A stretch of 64,000 bases of DNA from Octopus vulgaris (taxonomy: Eukaryota). The stretch covers positions 45,384,001 through 45,448,000 of the forward strand of contig OX597814.1 of the NCBI GenBank assembly GCA_951406725.2, read 5' to 3'. The notes beneath the pieces were generated by a model that had not been told where the DNA came from, searched no databases, and saw only the letters and a program-made list of their open reading frames with translations. Positions 30,040-43,528 of this stretch are shown piece after piece. The first letter of the stretch is position 1. Each line of letters opens with the position of its first letter. The position numbers were made by a program, and so were the translations under genes.

Positions 30040-30320
30040 ACAGCACGCCTGTTGGTCAGATGTTGAATGTGCTAATGAGCGACTTTTTATAATCAGTCTA
30101 GTGTTTGTTTATTTTTTGTTGTTGTTGTTGTTTTTCCAAATCAATGCAGTCGTGGAAGCAGTACTCCACTGGAAGTCTCACCTGAACTTTGTAGAGAGTT
30201 TGTAGATGTTGAGGGATAAAGTATTTTCTGGTTTTGATGCAGAAGGTTAGTCTTTGTAAGGTAATTTTAGTTATCCATAAGAAAAGATCTTCAGTGATGG
30301 TGAGGTCTGTCATCTGTAGC
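30040..30320 (-). mobile_element. CR1/L2-group LINE RT C-terminal fragment
   Basis: Encodes RKYFIPQHLQTLYKVQVRLPVEYCFH. Confidence 0.7.
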
Positions 30321-31404
30321 GAATTGTTTGTTCCTTTTCATAGGGCCGGTTTCCCGGTTTCCTTGACGTATAGGTTTCCCCCACCTGGACGAGACACCGA
30401 TCCGTCGCAGGTGATCTGCAAGATGCAGGAGAAAAGAGTGAGAGAAAGTTGTGGCGGAAGAATCAGCAGAAGTTCTGTAGCGAATTAGAGGTTTCTAATT
30501 GTTTATTGTTCGCGGTCTCTTTTCATGTAAGTCAGGGCGAATTTGGCATGAAGTGTCAAGATTGCACATGGAAGAGGTTTAGCTGCGGAAGGCTAAAGAA
30601 GAATGAAGAGCGATATCAATTGCGGAGGCATGGGCGTTGCATGAAGTGACAACAAATAGGTTGTCGGTGTATAAGAGAAATAGTGAGGTGGGCATACAGT
30701 AGCGCTATTCGGTATGTTATTGGTTAGTCCTAGGTCGAACCTGGCCAAGCAATGTTATGAACAAAGATATTCTATTTATCGCCATACAGTTTTTTTCAGG
30801 CACTTTATCCTGGATTGCATTAGCTAATACTTTCCTACTTTAAAAAAAAATCAGTAGATTATGATTTAAGAGAAATTTGGCCGCTATTTCTAATAGGTCG
30901 AGTGGCTACATAGAGGTTCACTCATTCGTTTGTTGGTGATACATACATACATACATACATACATACATACATACATACATACATACATACATACATACAT
31001 ACATACATACATGCATGCATGCATACATACATACATACATACATACATATACACATACATACATACATACATACATACATACATACATACATACATACAT
31101 ACATACATACACCCCTTCTCTAACTTTAGTCAAGGAGGTCTATATAACGTCCTTGGTTTGTAAAAATGTATACGGTACCGTCCTATATTATTGTATATAT
31201 AACATAATGCAAACGTGTAGCTTTTTTGTGCATTTTGTTTGCAGAAAATAAAGAAATAACAGTAATAACGTTTAATAAATGTTGCTTACTGCATTGCTTA
31301 GCTTAAGGTATTTTCACGCCCGACATCACAAAATGCGTCTGAATAAACATTGCCGGACAGCAAATCGAGACTCGGATATTGCTTAGAAAATAATTTTCAT
31401 TTTT

Positions 31405-31486
31405 AACCTCGTATATAGTACGCACTAGGGATTTTGACCTTTAAATTTTGGGGAAAAAATCGGATTATACTCGAGGATTTACGGTA
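31405..31486. mobile_element. Tc1/pogo-type MITE terminal fragment
   Basis: Ends ggattatactcgaggatttacgg-TA; the matching end was not found. Confidence 0.45.
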
Positions 31487-32315
31487 CATTGCCATCTGAG
31501 AAAAACAGACTATTCTTTCATTAATATAGAGAATCACCCAGTTATTGAATACACATAAAAACATCAGCGCAAAGAATATTTGTAAAGCATTCCCACCAGA
31601 ACTCCTAGCAAGCGCAATCATAACAAACCACATACAGTTGTTTGGGACAGATACGAAAAGTATATACAGTCATAGAGATCAGTTGCCCTGCTAATGTGAA
31701 TATCTCTTTGAAAATCAATGAGAAAGAGGATAACTACAGACAACTGCTTCGAAATCTTCAGCTTCTATCCCCAGAATTTAAATTCACATTTATACAAATA
31801 AGAGTTGGTTAACTTGATTTTGCTAGTAAATGCGAAAATGACAATGTGGAAAAGCTGGGTTTTAGAAAAAGAAATCAACTAGATAACACGTACAGTACAA
31901 ATACAATCTGTAAAACGGAACGGTAAAATTATGCAAAACTTTTCTCAAGTTCAACATGCGACATCGTTTTTATCTACATTCCAACGATGGAGCTTTGTAT
32001 CTTAATTAGAAACTAGCTCCTTCCTGACAGGACTTCAAATAATTAAGAATAGAAGAGATCAGACAGGCACACAGGCAGACAGCAGGCGTACAGGCAGGCA
32101 GGCAGATGGGCGGGCAGACTGTACCTTTATTTTTATATTCCTCTTAGAAAATTTGATAGATAAGTAGTAGGGGATTGTTAGTGAGTGAGTCGATCCCAAC
32201 AAGCGATAGAAACTTTTTGGATGGGATCTAGAGTATTTGAATGCGTTGCAGCAAGGTGGTTATATACAATACTTTTAAATGCGTCATATATAAATTCTGT
32301 ATTTTTTTTTAAAAC

Positions 32316-32787
32316 GTGGAGGCGCGTGGCTTAGTGGTTAGTGTGTCAGCATCATGATCGTAAGATTGTGGTTTCGATTCCTGGACCGGGCGACGCGTTG
32401 TGTTCTTGAGCAAAACACTTCATTTCACGTTGCTCCAGTGCACTCAGCTGGCAAAAATGTGTTCCCCAGCTGGGGAACACATACACCATAGAAACCGGGA
32501 AACCGGACCCATGAGCCTGGCTAGGCTTTAAAAGGGAAGTAGAGACGCAATGGCCCAGTGGTTAGGGTAGCGGACTCGCGGTCGGAGGATCGCGGTTTCG
32601 ATTCTCAGACTGGGCGTTGTGTGTGTTTATTGAGCGAAAACATCTAAGGGGCTCCACGACTTTCTCTCACTCTCTCTTCCTGTTTCTTGAGTAACGCTGT
32701 AATGGGGGAAACACATATGCCACAGAAACCGGGAAACCGGGCCCATGAGCCTGGCTAGGCTTGAAAAGGGCGACGTTTATCGTTATC
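32316..32787 (+). mobile_element. Composite SINE dimer (family D, then C-head/D-tail chimera)
   Basis: Two tRNA heads (32316, ~32539) and two gaaaccgggaaaccgg..ggctaggctt tails; candidate shared TSD tttttaaaac. Confidence 0.75.
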
Positions 32788-33357
32788 TTTTTAAAACTTC
32801 CTGTATTTCTACAGCCACTCTACACATCTGAAACAAATAAGTGGTAAAACAGATCTATTCCAAACAACCTGATGTTGCCGCTTCTTTCCCACGTCATCTC
32901 TATTATGTCACCTCACAGATCCCTTAGTAAGCATGTTGTCGGATCGTTCTTCTCCAACACGAGAAATCTCTGGAATCTTCTCCCAATTCTTGTTGTTGCT
33001 ATCATTGCCGTTATCATTTGTCATTATCGTTGCTGTTTATCACATTGTTTCTATCAACTCTTAGCGAGTAGATCTATGATCAAAGACACTCCCGCTTTGA
33101 CCATTTCTTCTTTTTTTCAGTGTCTGTATCGCACTATATAAACCAATGTATCTTTCCCGTGTTTAAAACAGTAAGGTGCGATTGCAAGATGTGACAGTCA
33201 TTTATAACAGGTCGAGCAACCAAGCAAATGCACCTTCGTTGATTCATCTATACCATATTATTCCTACAATCGTGAACCTAGACAAGTTAAAGCGACTGAC
33301 TACTTCTGTAAATTAAAAAAAGGAAAACCTAACACCTTCATCTCTTTCATCAACACA

Positions 33358-33395
<38 letters not shown>

Positions 33396-33479
33396 TATTA
33401 GAGAGAAATGCGAACACATAAAGTCGACCGCACCCATAAAGGCGACCACACCTCAGCCCTCTCTTCTTTCGCGTGTGCC

Positions 33480-34158
33480 CCGTTTACAATTGTTTTTTTT
33501 ATATTTTCCCTCTCACCAACTACCTCTCCATACACCCCTCTTGAGAACTATCCTACGCACATACCAAAACCTCAAATTTTACCCATTACCTATATCTTCC
33601 CCCAACACATCTCCCCTTTCTGTAACGTGCCTGTATTCTACGCGCCCTTCTTGTCCATAGCTTCTTCTCTACCACATGTACTCAACCATGATTCCTCCCT
33701 TGCTCTCGTTCCTGCTACAACACCTCTCCTTTACTCTCGAACACCATCCTACTCAGTAGACCCAACCATTGTTCTTCCCATATAACCGATTTCTTTACCT
33801 GCACCTCAGACAATCTCATTTACCGTTTAAAATGCTCTCTCCGCAACTCCTTATATATCAGACAAACTGGACGACACTTGTCTGACCGTTTCACCGCAAA
33901 CTTACAGGACCTCCATCTTCGTAAGGATTCCTTTATTGCACTCCATTTCAACTAAGCGGATCACTTTACCCAGTGGTTCTCCAGATTTTCGTCACCGACA
34001 CGAACTGAAACTCAGTTTTACTTTTCAACCTTTCACTCTTAATGGACTCAACAGGTGGCATACAACTATAAGTAAATTTGCGAGCACTTAAATACTCATG
34101 AAACCAATCATGCACTCACACAAAAACACTAATCTTTTTATCCATACGTATACCCCCA

Positions 34159-34240
<82 letters not shown>

Positions 34241-34344
34241 ACATACACACACAAAACATACATATGCATCCATATACGGAAGGTTCTAACAACAGTTACA
34301 GCTACTGCAATACGACAAAAAATATTTAAGCACACAACAGCAGA

Positions 34345-34413
<69 letters not shown>

Positions 34414-34910
34414 CCCCGTCGAGATGCATACATACATGCATAACACTGAAAATAACATCCAAATAATGGTACACGTTGCTAACAAGACACACATACAAGT
34501 TATGACTATACACCCATACATACTACTCCACATGACTAGGCTCAGAACGCACACAGTAGAACTACACACATACACAAGTATGATACATAACTGGCATACA
34601 ATTCATCTCCCTTGCTACTTTTGTACGAATTAAACCTCGTTTTCTCTGGGTCATTACCGGTCATTCGAAGTCCGCAATTTCCATAATGACTTCACAAAGA
34701 ACAACTCATACTTTTTCAATATTCACATTTATCTTTCCTTCATCTACATTTTATGCTTCTTCTCTATATCTGATTTGTTGAAGAAGAGAGTTAGTGCGAA
34801 ACGTCAAAAACGCTTTCACTTTCTTAATCTTTCATTGAGCATTGAATTGATATTTATACCTTGTTTTCACTTGATCTTCCACGTTATTAACATCGTAAAT
34901 TTTGTACATA
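33480..34910 (+). mobile_element. Decayed Penelope-like element: GIY-YIG endonuclease remnant and pLTR
   Basis: ~33793-33965 reads FTCTSDNLIYR/KCSLRNSLYIRQTGRHLSDRF..IALHFN*ADH across a frameshift; GLN near 34050; degenerate hammerhead TTGAAGA..CGAAACGTC at ~34778-34810. Confidence 0.75.
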
Positions 34911-35443
34911 TCTTTTGGCATTTATTTGTTTCGGCCATTGAACTGCAGCCAGACTGGGGTATCACTTTAAATGTTTTTAGCGAACAAATCAGCCCCAGTA
35001 CTTTTTCTTAAGCCTGGTACTTATGTGTGTCTCTTTTACCAAACCGCAACAACGGTTGTCAAGCAGTGGAGAGACAGACTCAAACACAAATACACACATA
35101 CATATATAGACACAAACACAAATGTGTGTGCGCGCGCGCGTGTGTGTGTGAGGGTGCGTGGCCTAGTGGTTAGACGTGTTGCACTCATGAGCGTGAGATA
35201 GTGGTTTCTATTACCGGACTAGCAGTGCTTTGTGTTTTTGAGCAAAACACTTCATTTCGCGTTGCTCCCGTCCACTCAGATGTAAGTGTGTAACCTTGCG
35301 ACGGACCAATCTTCCGATCAAGAAGAATGTTGGCCTGCTCGCCTAGCCAGCGGGGTGGCGTCATTCAAAGGCTAAAACGATACAGAGCCCCATTGTGTCG
35401 AGTAAATATATAACAATATCCAGTACTCTGGTCGTTACGTGAT

Positions 35444-35501
<58 letters not shown>

Positions 35502-35505
<4 letters not shown>

Positions 35506-35732
35506 CTTTACTACCCACAAGGGGCTAAACGCAGAGAGGACAAACAAGGACAGACAAACGGATTAAGTCGATTATATCGACCCCAGTGCGTAACTGGTAC
35601 TTAATTTATCGACCCCGAAAGGATGAGAGGCAAAGTCGACCTCGGCGGAATTGAACTCAGAACGTAGCGGCAGACGAAATATGGCCACGCATTTCGCCCG
35701 GCGTGCTAACGTTTCTGCCAGCTCGCCGCCTT
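35502..35732 (-). mobile_element. SINE family B, full length, in (TA)n
   Basis: Near-identical to other family B copies. Confidence 0.9.
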
Positions 35733-35754
35733 ATATATATATATTTTTTATTTT

Positions 35755-35789
<35 letters not shown>

Positions 35790-36138
35790 CGCGAGGACTG
35801 AACTCGAAACCTTATGCCAGGCAAGCAAACTTCTTACCACACAGCCTGTATATCATATTGATCAAAGCAAACCTACATCCATGCACAGCATATTCACAAA
35901 TCATATCTACAGACAGAAACGAAAACAGTTGCTAGTCCATATATGTGTCTAAAACATATAAATGCATTTATTTTAACGTTCAAAGCTTCAAATACTATGA
36001 TGTTTATGCTGTTGTTGTTCCGCTAGATCAAATAAAAATGACGAAAAAAGAAAATTATTTGATATTTTCAACAATACAGTTATACATATTCTCTGGCAAG
36101 CTTTTCGCAGCTGAGCTCTTCTATACTTATGTTTAGTG

Positions 36139-36334
<196 letters not shown>

Positions 36335-36569
36335 ACATACATATATTCTTTTTATTTCTTTTATTCTCTTACTTGTTTCAGTTAATTGACTGCGGCCATA
36401 CTGGGGTATTGAAGAATTTTAGTCGGACGAATTGACCCCACAGCTTATTCTTAAACGTGGTACTTATTCTATTAGTCTCTTTTGTTGAACCCCTAAATTT
36501 CGGGGGCATAAACACACCAACACTGGTTGTGAAACGTTAGTGGAGGACAAACACAAACACACGCACGCT

Positions 36570-37388
36570 CAGAAGCTGAAAATAGGTGGGTAAAGAAAAG
36601 AATGCATGGTCAATTTCACAGAGATGTTGAAGATAAGACAGACTACAAGTGATTTAAAACCGGAAACGGAGGCTCTAATCTGTGCTGCCCAACAGCAAGC
36701 ACTAAGAACAAACTACATAAAATACAGACAAGACAACACAGCAGAAAGTGATAAGTGCAGAATCTGTGGGCAAAACGTTGAAACCGTATGGCATATTACT
36801 AGCCAATGTACGCCATTATCCCTGAACGAATATAAGAGATGCCACGACAATATAGCCATGCTTATCCATTGGACACTCTGCAACAAGTATGGACTTGACA
36901 GAGCAAAAAATTGGTACGACCACAAACCTGAAGGCATCGTCGAAAATAGAAATGCAAAGATTCTATGGGATTTTATGATTCAGTGCGACCATGAGATAGA
37001 GAATAGGAAGCCGGACATAGTCTTAATTGAGAAAGAAATCGAACTATGCTGGGTCATAGATATAGCATGACCAGCAGACAACAAGGTATGCGATAAGGAA
37101 GAAAGAAAAGTTGAGAGATATGACAGGTTAGCTTGGGAAGTTAAGCAGATGTGGTCGATGAAAAATGTATCAGTAGTATCAATACTAATCCTGGGAACAG
37201 TGAGCAAAAATCTCGAGAAGTACGTGGAACAAATAGGGGCTGAAATAACGGTGGAGCACTTGCAGAAAACAACACTGCTTGGAACCGCTCGAATACTCCG
37301 GCGGAAGGTGCTCGAAAAATAAGAGGTGTTACTTTAGTGAACAACTGACACTGTAGTGCATCTCCAGCGTTGGGAGCTGAGCAAAGGC

Positions 37389-37390
<2 letters not shown>
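36570..37390 (+). mobile_element. R4/Dong-like LINE 3' part (CCHC zinc knuckle and restriction-like endonuclease), pseudogenised
   Basis: CRICGQNVETVWHITSQC, HDN, ILWDF and KPDIVLIEK..IDIA motifs; in-frame stop at 37070; followed by long (TAA)n, the known Dong target. Confidence 0.9.
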
Positions 37391-37460
<70 letters not shown>

Positions 37461-37467
37461 GATGATG

Positions 37468-37547
<80 letters not shown>

Positions 37548-37747
37548 GATTTCAAATTTTAGCACAAAGTCAATGATTTAGTGGGAGGGGATAAGTCAGT
37601 TAGATCAACCCCAGTTCTCAACTTGTACTTATTTTATCAACCCTTAAAGGGTGAAAGATTAAGTCGACCTCAGCAGTAATATAGTAATAACAACAACAAC
37701 ATCGAAAAATACCTAGGAATGAGAACCCAGGTTCGAAATTTCCCCAA

Positions 37748-37794
37748 GACACCTGATGAAGGCTGGAAGGGTATATCAGCCGAAACGTTGTGTT
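37748..37794 (+). ncRNA. Minimal type I hammerhead ribozyme
   Basis: GACAC-CTGATGA-A-GGCTG-loop-CAGCC-GAAAC-GTT-GTGTT; palindromic ACGT stem III as in Penelope minimal hammerheads. Confidence 0.8.
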
Positions 37795-39372
37795 AACAAC
37801 AAACAAGATGAGGACAACTATCCATCAAATGTAAATAATGTCTACAAAGAAGTTTTGTAATCATATTGATATTATCCAAAAGAAATGTGATTCATAATTT
37901 AAATATGGAAATTTGTGAACTTTGAATAAGAGTATAAACAAGCGTAAAATAGTATAAACAAGTAAAATAAAAGTATATCTAAATAACATTTTTTTTCTTA
38001 ATACTTTTTATGTAGTGGTCGAAGGAAGCTCTGGCTTTCGTTAGGAGTGGTCTATATAACCATTCATGATACAGAGGCTGGGAGCTTATTTCAGTTCGGG
38101 AGTGAATTGTCATTACATGTCACTTAGTCGCAAACACATGTCATATGGCTGCAATAGAATGATGTATCACCAACAATAATGTGATTTCTCTAAGACATCA
38201 CACAGTAATATATCAAGTCCATTTACACATTTCTCAATACATACTGCTGTTATTACTTCCCTCCCTCATCTAATGCCTCCATTGTAGATGGGTAGATTTG
38301 CTAATATGCATAATCAATACACAGAACAAATAAGCACACAATCAATCATAACAAGACGCACAAAGTAGCGAAAATAGCTGCCAATGTGATGTGAATATCT
38401 GTTCAAATCCTGTCCAAGCCAACTTTGCCTTTTACGCTTCTTGAGTTGATTAAGATACCAGTCGATGGCAGTAAGTGGATGAACTTTTCAAAGTTCGAAT
38501 GTAATGAGTTGAGATATCTATATCTGTTATGGATCTTAATGTTCAAATTGTAGCGGTTATGATGATACTAAGGACAAGATGTATCGGCCCTGCATCTTCC
38601 TTCCATAACGTCAGGCAACAGCTAATCTTACATGGACATGTATTAGAAGAAAATGACGAAAACTGTTGGTTTTTATGAACAGCTTTGTTTCTTGTGAGAG
38701 AGTTAGACATTATAGTAATTGGTGTGACTGAAAGAGTTTTACGACAAATGTTGAGAGAATTTAATTGTAATTAAAATAGAAATAGTATAGAAAAGTTACT
38801 GCAAGTCATCGTGTTGCTATGAATAGTTCGAATGTTGAAAGTTAGCTCTTGGTGTTGGTGTCGGTAGTTCGTCTACGCAGCCGCTGCCCGTATATCTTCA
38901 CCACGTTGACTGTCAGTCGTTTCTGCTACAACCGAAGGCTATCTCTGTGCTCTCTCAGAGCACTCTGGAGGCTCTCTTGGTCTTGGTCGTATGTGTGTGT
39001 CACTTTCTACCAATTGAGAGGCTCAAGAAGTAAGGCATCAAAAGTGAGATTAGTCGCTGGAGCCTTATTCCACATGAAGTTGTGATTGGCCAGACCCTGT
39101 TGATCATGTGCACAATATTCTTTCCTAGTGAAGCTGCGATTGGTCAGATTCGCTGATCATCTGAGCGACATTTCAGCGAATCACGACATTCGGGTAAATG
39201 CTGAATAACTGCTACAAATTTTTCCTAAACCTGGGCCCTGAAGAGACATTTTCCAGACGCAGATTATGGTCGACTCTTAACGATGGAGGTTTTCATATAG
39301 GTGTATATGAATATTTACATGTTATTATTTTTAGCTTAATGTGCTTCAAGATCCACCACTCCACCATTCCAA

Positions 39373-39445
<73 letters not shown>

Positions 39446-40099
39446 CGCCTTCAAAAAGAAAGGGTGATTTAGAGAACGTAATCCCTCAAATAATTCTTTC
39501 TACTTGTGCAGAAGGTACAAGACCTGAAAATTGGATTGTGATGGAAGCTGGTAGATTACATAGACCCCCAAAATTCAAATGGTACTTATTTTATTGATTC
39601 TGAAAGGATGAAAGTCAAAGTCGACCTCAGCAGAATTTGAACTCAGAACAAAAAACAGGAAAAAATAGCACTAATCCGGCTCGCTACTTTTGTAATCCCT
39701 CAAATAATAGAAATCAGTTACAGGTGGAAGGCATCTATCATTGCCTACTCGATCACAGCTGACCTGTTGCTAAACAATAACTATAAATATTTCAAGACAA
39801 AGACAAATCCTCTTCATTAATGTCACTCATTCGCCCCTCAGTCAAATACCCCTTGGCTTCTCTTCACTTCCATGTAAAATATATATAATTGGTAATCTCT
39901 ATATCAAAAACGCTATCCGCTATCTTTAAGATAGTGTGTTAGCACTAGCATAATTGTTCGAGAAGGAGAGAGACAGTAAGAGAGAAGGAGTTAGTGAGTG
40001 AGTGAGTGTGTGTGCGTGTGTGTGTGCGCGCGCGCGCGTGTACAGTTAACCAAATTTATGGATATTCTTATGTATATACATGTTCAAACTCAAATATAC

Positions 40100-40517
40100 T
40101 TATTTCTTTATTACCTACAAGGGGCTAAACATAGAGGGGACAAACAAGGACACACATAGGTATTAAGTCGATTACATCGACCTCAGTGCGTAACTCGTAC
40201 TTAATTTATCGACCCCGAAAGGATGAAAGGCAAAGTCGACCTCGGCGGAATTTGAACTCAGAACGTAACGTCAGACGAAATACCTATTTCTTTATTACCC
40301 ACAAGGGGCTAAACACAGAGGGGACAAACAAGGACACACATAGGTATTAAGTCGATTACATCGACCCCAGTGCGTAACTGGTACTTAATTTATCGACCCC
40401 GAAAGGATGAAAGGCAAAGTCGACCTCGGCGGAATTTGAACTCAGAACGTAACGGCAGACGAAATACCGCAAAGCATTTCGCCTGGCGCGCTAACGTTTC
40501 TGCCAGCTCGCCGCCTT
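40100..40517 (-). mobile_element. SINE family B partial tandem dimer
   Basis: Full copy 40284-40517 plus head-less copy 40100-40283; TSD aactcaaatatac (40087-40099, 40524-40536). Confidence 0.88.
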
Positions 40518-41275
40518 TAATATAACTCAAATATACCTGAATACATGCAAGTACATAAACGTATGCTGATCTATGCGTGTGTGCGCGTGTGTACGTGCGT
40601 GTGTGCGCGTGTGTACGTGCGTGTGTGCGCGTGTGCACATGTATGTGTCTGTATCTGCGTGCGCGCACGCGCGTGTGTGTATGTGTGTGCGTGCGTGCAT
40701 GCGTTCGTACATGTGTGTATGCATGCGTGTATGATGTTTTTGCTTTTAATTTCTTTCCCTGACAGGTCCGTCTCCAGACTTTGTCTTGTAAATATAACAA
40801 AAACAACAACTACCAATGTGGCTAAGTTAGTTATGTCAAAATAATACTGTGTCAGTGCACTCCAGTCTACAAAGGAAAGGGGAATAAAGTCGGGAGCACT
40901 TTAACGAAATGGCATGCTGTACTGGTCAAAGTGAACTGTAAAACGTGTACTTTTAAATACAGCCAGAAAGTGCGCCCGTTCTCTTGCAGTGGCTATAGTC
41001 ATGATTGTAGTCGTAGCCGTGGAAGTCGTCGTCGTCGTCGTGGTAGTCGCTGTAGTAGTAATGAATTTTCCCATATCCCTTCTTTAACAAGGGTTACTTT
41101 TTCATTTGGAATCGTCCAAAACAAGCATTTGCAGCGCTATAGTGTTATAGTGTAAGAGATATGTAAGTAGTAAACGTGCGTTGGTATATGTATGTGTGAG
41201 AGTGCGTGTGTGCGTGCGTACGTAGTGGGGGGAACTATAGGTGTACTATAGAGAAGGATATATGCGTGTGTGTGG

Positions 41276-41325
<50 letters not shown>

Positions 41326-41399
41326 AATGTGCGGCAAAAAAATTTTCCAGATTCACCATTCTTGATAAATAACAACTTGAGAAATTTTTATGCCGCATG

Positions 41400-41443
<44 letters not shown>

Positions 41444-41769
41444 TATTATCTTTTTTTTTTTTTTTTTCAGACTGCGGCTATGATGCGGCCATAGTTAGAG
41501 TGTGAAAGTGGACAAAAGCCTCTCAGACAAAAGCCCCATGGTTATATTTTTCGGTTATTTTTTTTCGTTTCGTTTTTCTTTTTACTTATTGTAATCATTA
41601 GACTGTTGTGGCCATGCTGGGGCACCACCTTGAAGAATATTTAGTTGAATGTAACGATCCCAGAATTTTTTTAATGACTTTCAACCAGCGCATGAAGTTA
41701 AGCCTAGAAGATCTCTCCACATGCTAGAAATAACAGCTAAATCTTTAAAAAAATTTTTTTTATAATTTC

Positions 41770-42160
41770 GTTGGCTGTGTGGTAAGTAGCTTGCTAACCA
41801 GCCACATGGTTCCGGGTTCAGTCCCACTGCGTGGCATCTTGGGCAAGTGTCTTCTGCTATAGCCCCTTGTGAGTGGATTTGGTAGACGGAAACTGAAAGA
41901 AGCCTGTCATATATATGTATATATATATGTGTGTGTGTATATGTTTGTGTGTCTGTGTTTGTCCCCCTAGCATTGCTTGACAACCGATGCTGGTGTGTTT
42001 ACGTCCCCGTCACTTAGCGGTTCGGTAAAAGAGACCAATAGAATAAGTACTGGGCTTACAAAGAATAAGTCCCGGGGTCGATTTGCTCGACTAAAGGCGG
42101 TGCTCCAGCATGGCCGCAGTCAAATGACTGAAGCAAGTAAAAGAGAGAGTAAAGAGTAAA
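41770..42160 (+). mobile_element. SINE family A
   Basis: Homologous to 11720-12118; tail at 42095-42160. Confidence 0.9.
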
Positions 42161-42423
42161 CACGGAAATTGCGGTTGTAAAAAACAAAACTTTTATTTTC
42201 CAAAATTCCAATTTTTAAGTGAACAAAATATATTCAATTGTGAATAAATAAGTAGAATAAAATAACAGAATACAAGACTCTTTACGGATCTTTTACCTTT
42301 TGACCGACCGATTTTAAAAAATTATTTTTTATAACTAAATACTTTCAAACTTCGTATACTTGTAGAATGTGTCACATAAAACATCTTTTACTCTTGGCGT
42401 TGTTGAGAAAATTCTGTATTTTG

Positions 42424-43058
42424 GAGGTTATTTTTTTTTGTTAAAGTTGTCGTATTTCGGTAATTTCAACCAATCAATGACGTGTATTCAACTGAATAAA
42501 ATTACTGCCGTTGTTTGTCAACAACAACTATCGGTGGTGTATATTTCGTTTGTCACTGTTATTTATGACATCGTTCGTGCGTTTGTACTGGTTTCAGCTT
42601 TAAGATTTTAGGGTTAGGGCTAGAGTTTTAGGGTTCGCGTTTTAGGGTTAGGGTTAGGGTTAGGGTCTTAGAGTTATGGTTAGGGTTAGGGTTTTATGGT
42701 TAGGGCTAGAGTTTTAGGGTTAGGGTTTTAGGGTTAGGGTTAGGGTTTTAGAGTTAGGGTTAGGGTTAAGGTTTTAGGGTTAGGGTTGGGGTTTTAGGGT
42801 TAGAATTACGGAAAAAATGAAAAATGAAGCACGAACGATTATGATGGTGCCATGAAGTAAACATGCTTTAGATACATTCGTTTATTCATACAAATGTAAC
42901 TGAGATTAAATATGTTATAAATAACAGTGACAAACGAAATATACACCGCCAGAAGTTGTTGATGACAAACAACAGCAGTAATTTTTATTTAGCTGAATAC
43001 ACGTCATTGATTGGTTGAAATTACCAAATACGACAACTTTAACAAAAAATAAGTACCT
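42424..43058. mobile_element. Fold-back or MITE-like element enclosing a telomeric array
   Basis: Inverted arms ~42424-42571 and ~42912-43058. Confidence 0.8.
42608..42803 (+). repeat. Degenerate interstitial (TTAGGG)n array
   Basis: TTAGGG units mixed with TTTTAGGG and CTAGAG variants. Confidence 0.95.
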
Positions 43059-43340
43059 CGGACTAATGAATCTAAGGCTGTTAAAGGCGACTTACATTTG
43101 AAGTTATACGTTTGCCGACGTTCACGCATTCTCACAACCAAAGGTTTTAAGGGCTGAGCAAGCTCCATACGTCTTAACTACCGGAAACACAATGGAGGAA
43201 GGTAAGAATTTTCGCCAGCGAAAAGAAATTTGTAATCAACCAAATCATTAATCTTCACAATTGAAGCGTTATTGCTTTCGAGCCTTTCAAAATTCCTGTT
43301 TTTATGCAAAACGAGAACAGTCTCAGTGATGGTATTTAGA

Positions 43341-43528
43341 GGCGGCGAGCTGGCAGAAACGTTAGCACGCCGGGCGAAATGCTTAGCGGTATTTCGTCTG
43401 CGTTACGTTGTGAGTTCAAATTCCGCCGAGGTCGACTTTGCCTTTCATCCTTTCGGGGTCGATAAATTAAGTACCAGTTACGCACTGGGGTCGATGTAAT
43501 CGACTTAATACCTATTAATAAAGAAATA
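43341..43528 (+). mobile_element. SINE family B, internally deleted
   Basis: tRNA head with B box GAGTTCAAATTCC; TSD ggtatttaga. Confidence 0.88.

Noticed and set aside
39090-39280. Two GATTGG boxes and CTGAAGA
   Set aside because: Too little support for a promoter, LTR or hammerhead.
42608-42803. True telomere or chromosome fusion site
   Set aside because: Short, degenerate, single orientation and enclosed by inverted repeats.
43341-43430. tRNA-like SINE heads as tRNA genes
   Set aside because: They lie within multi-copy SINEs with TSDs and lack a full cloverleaf.
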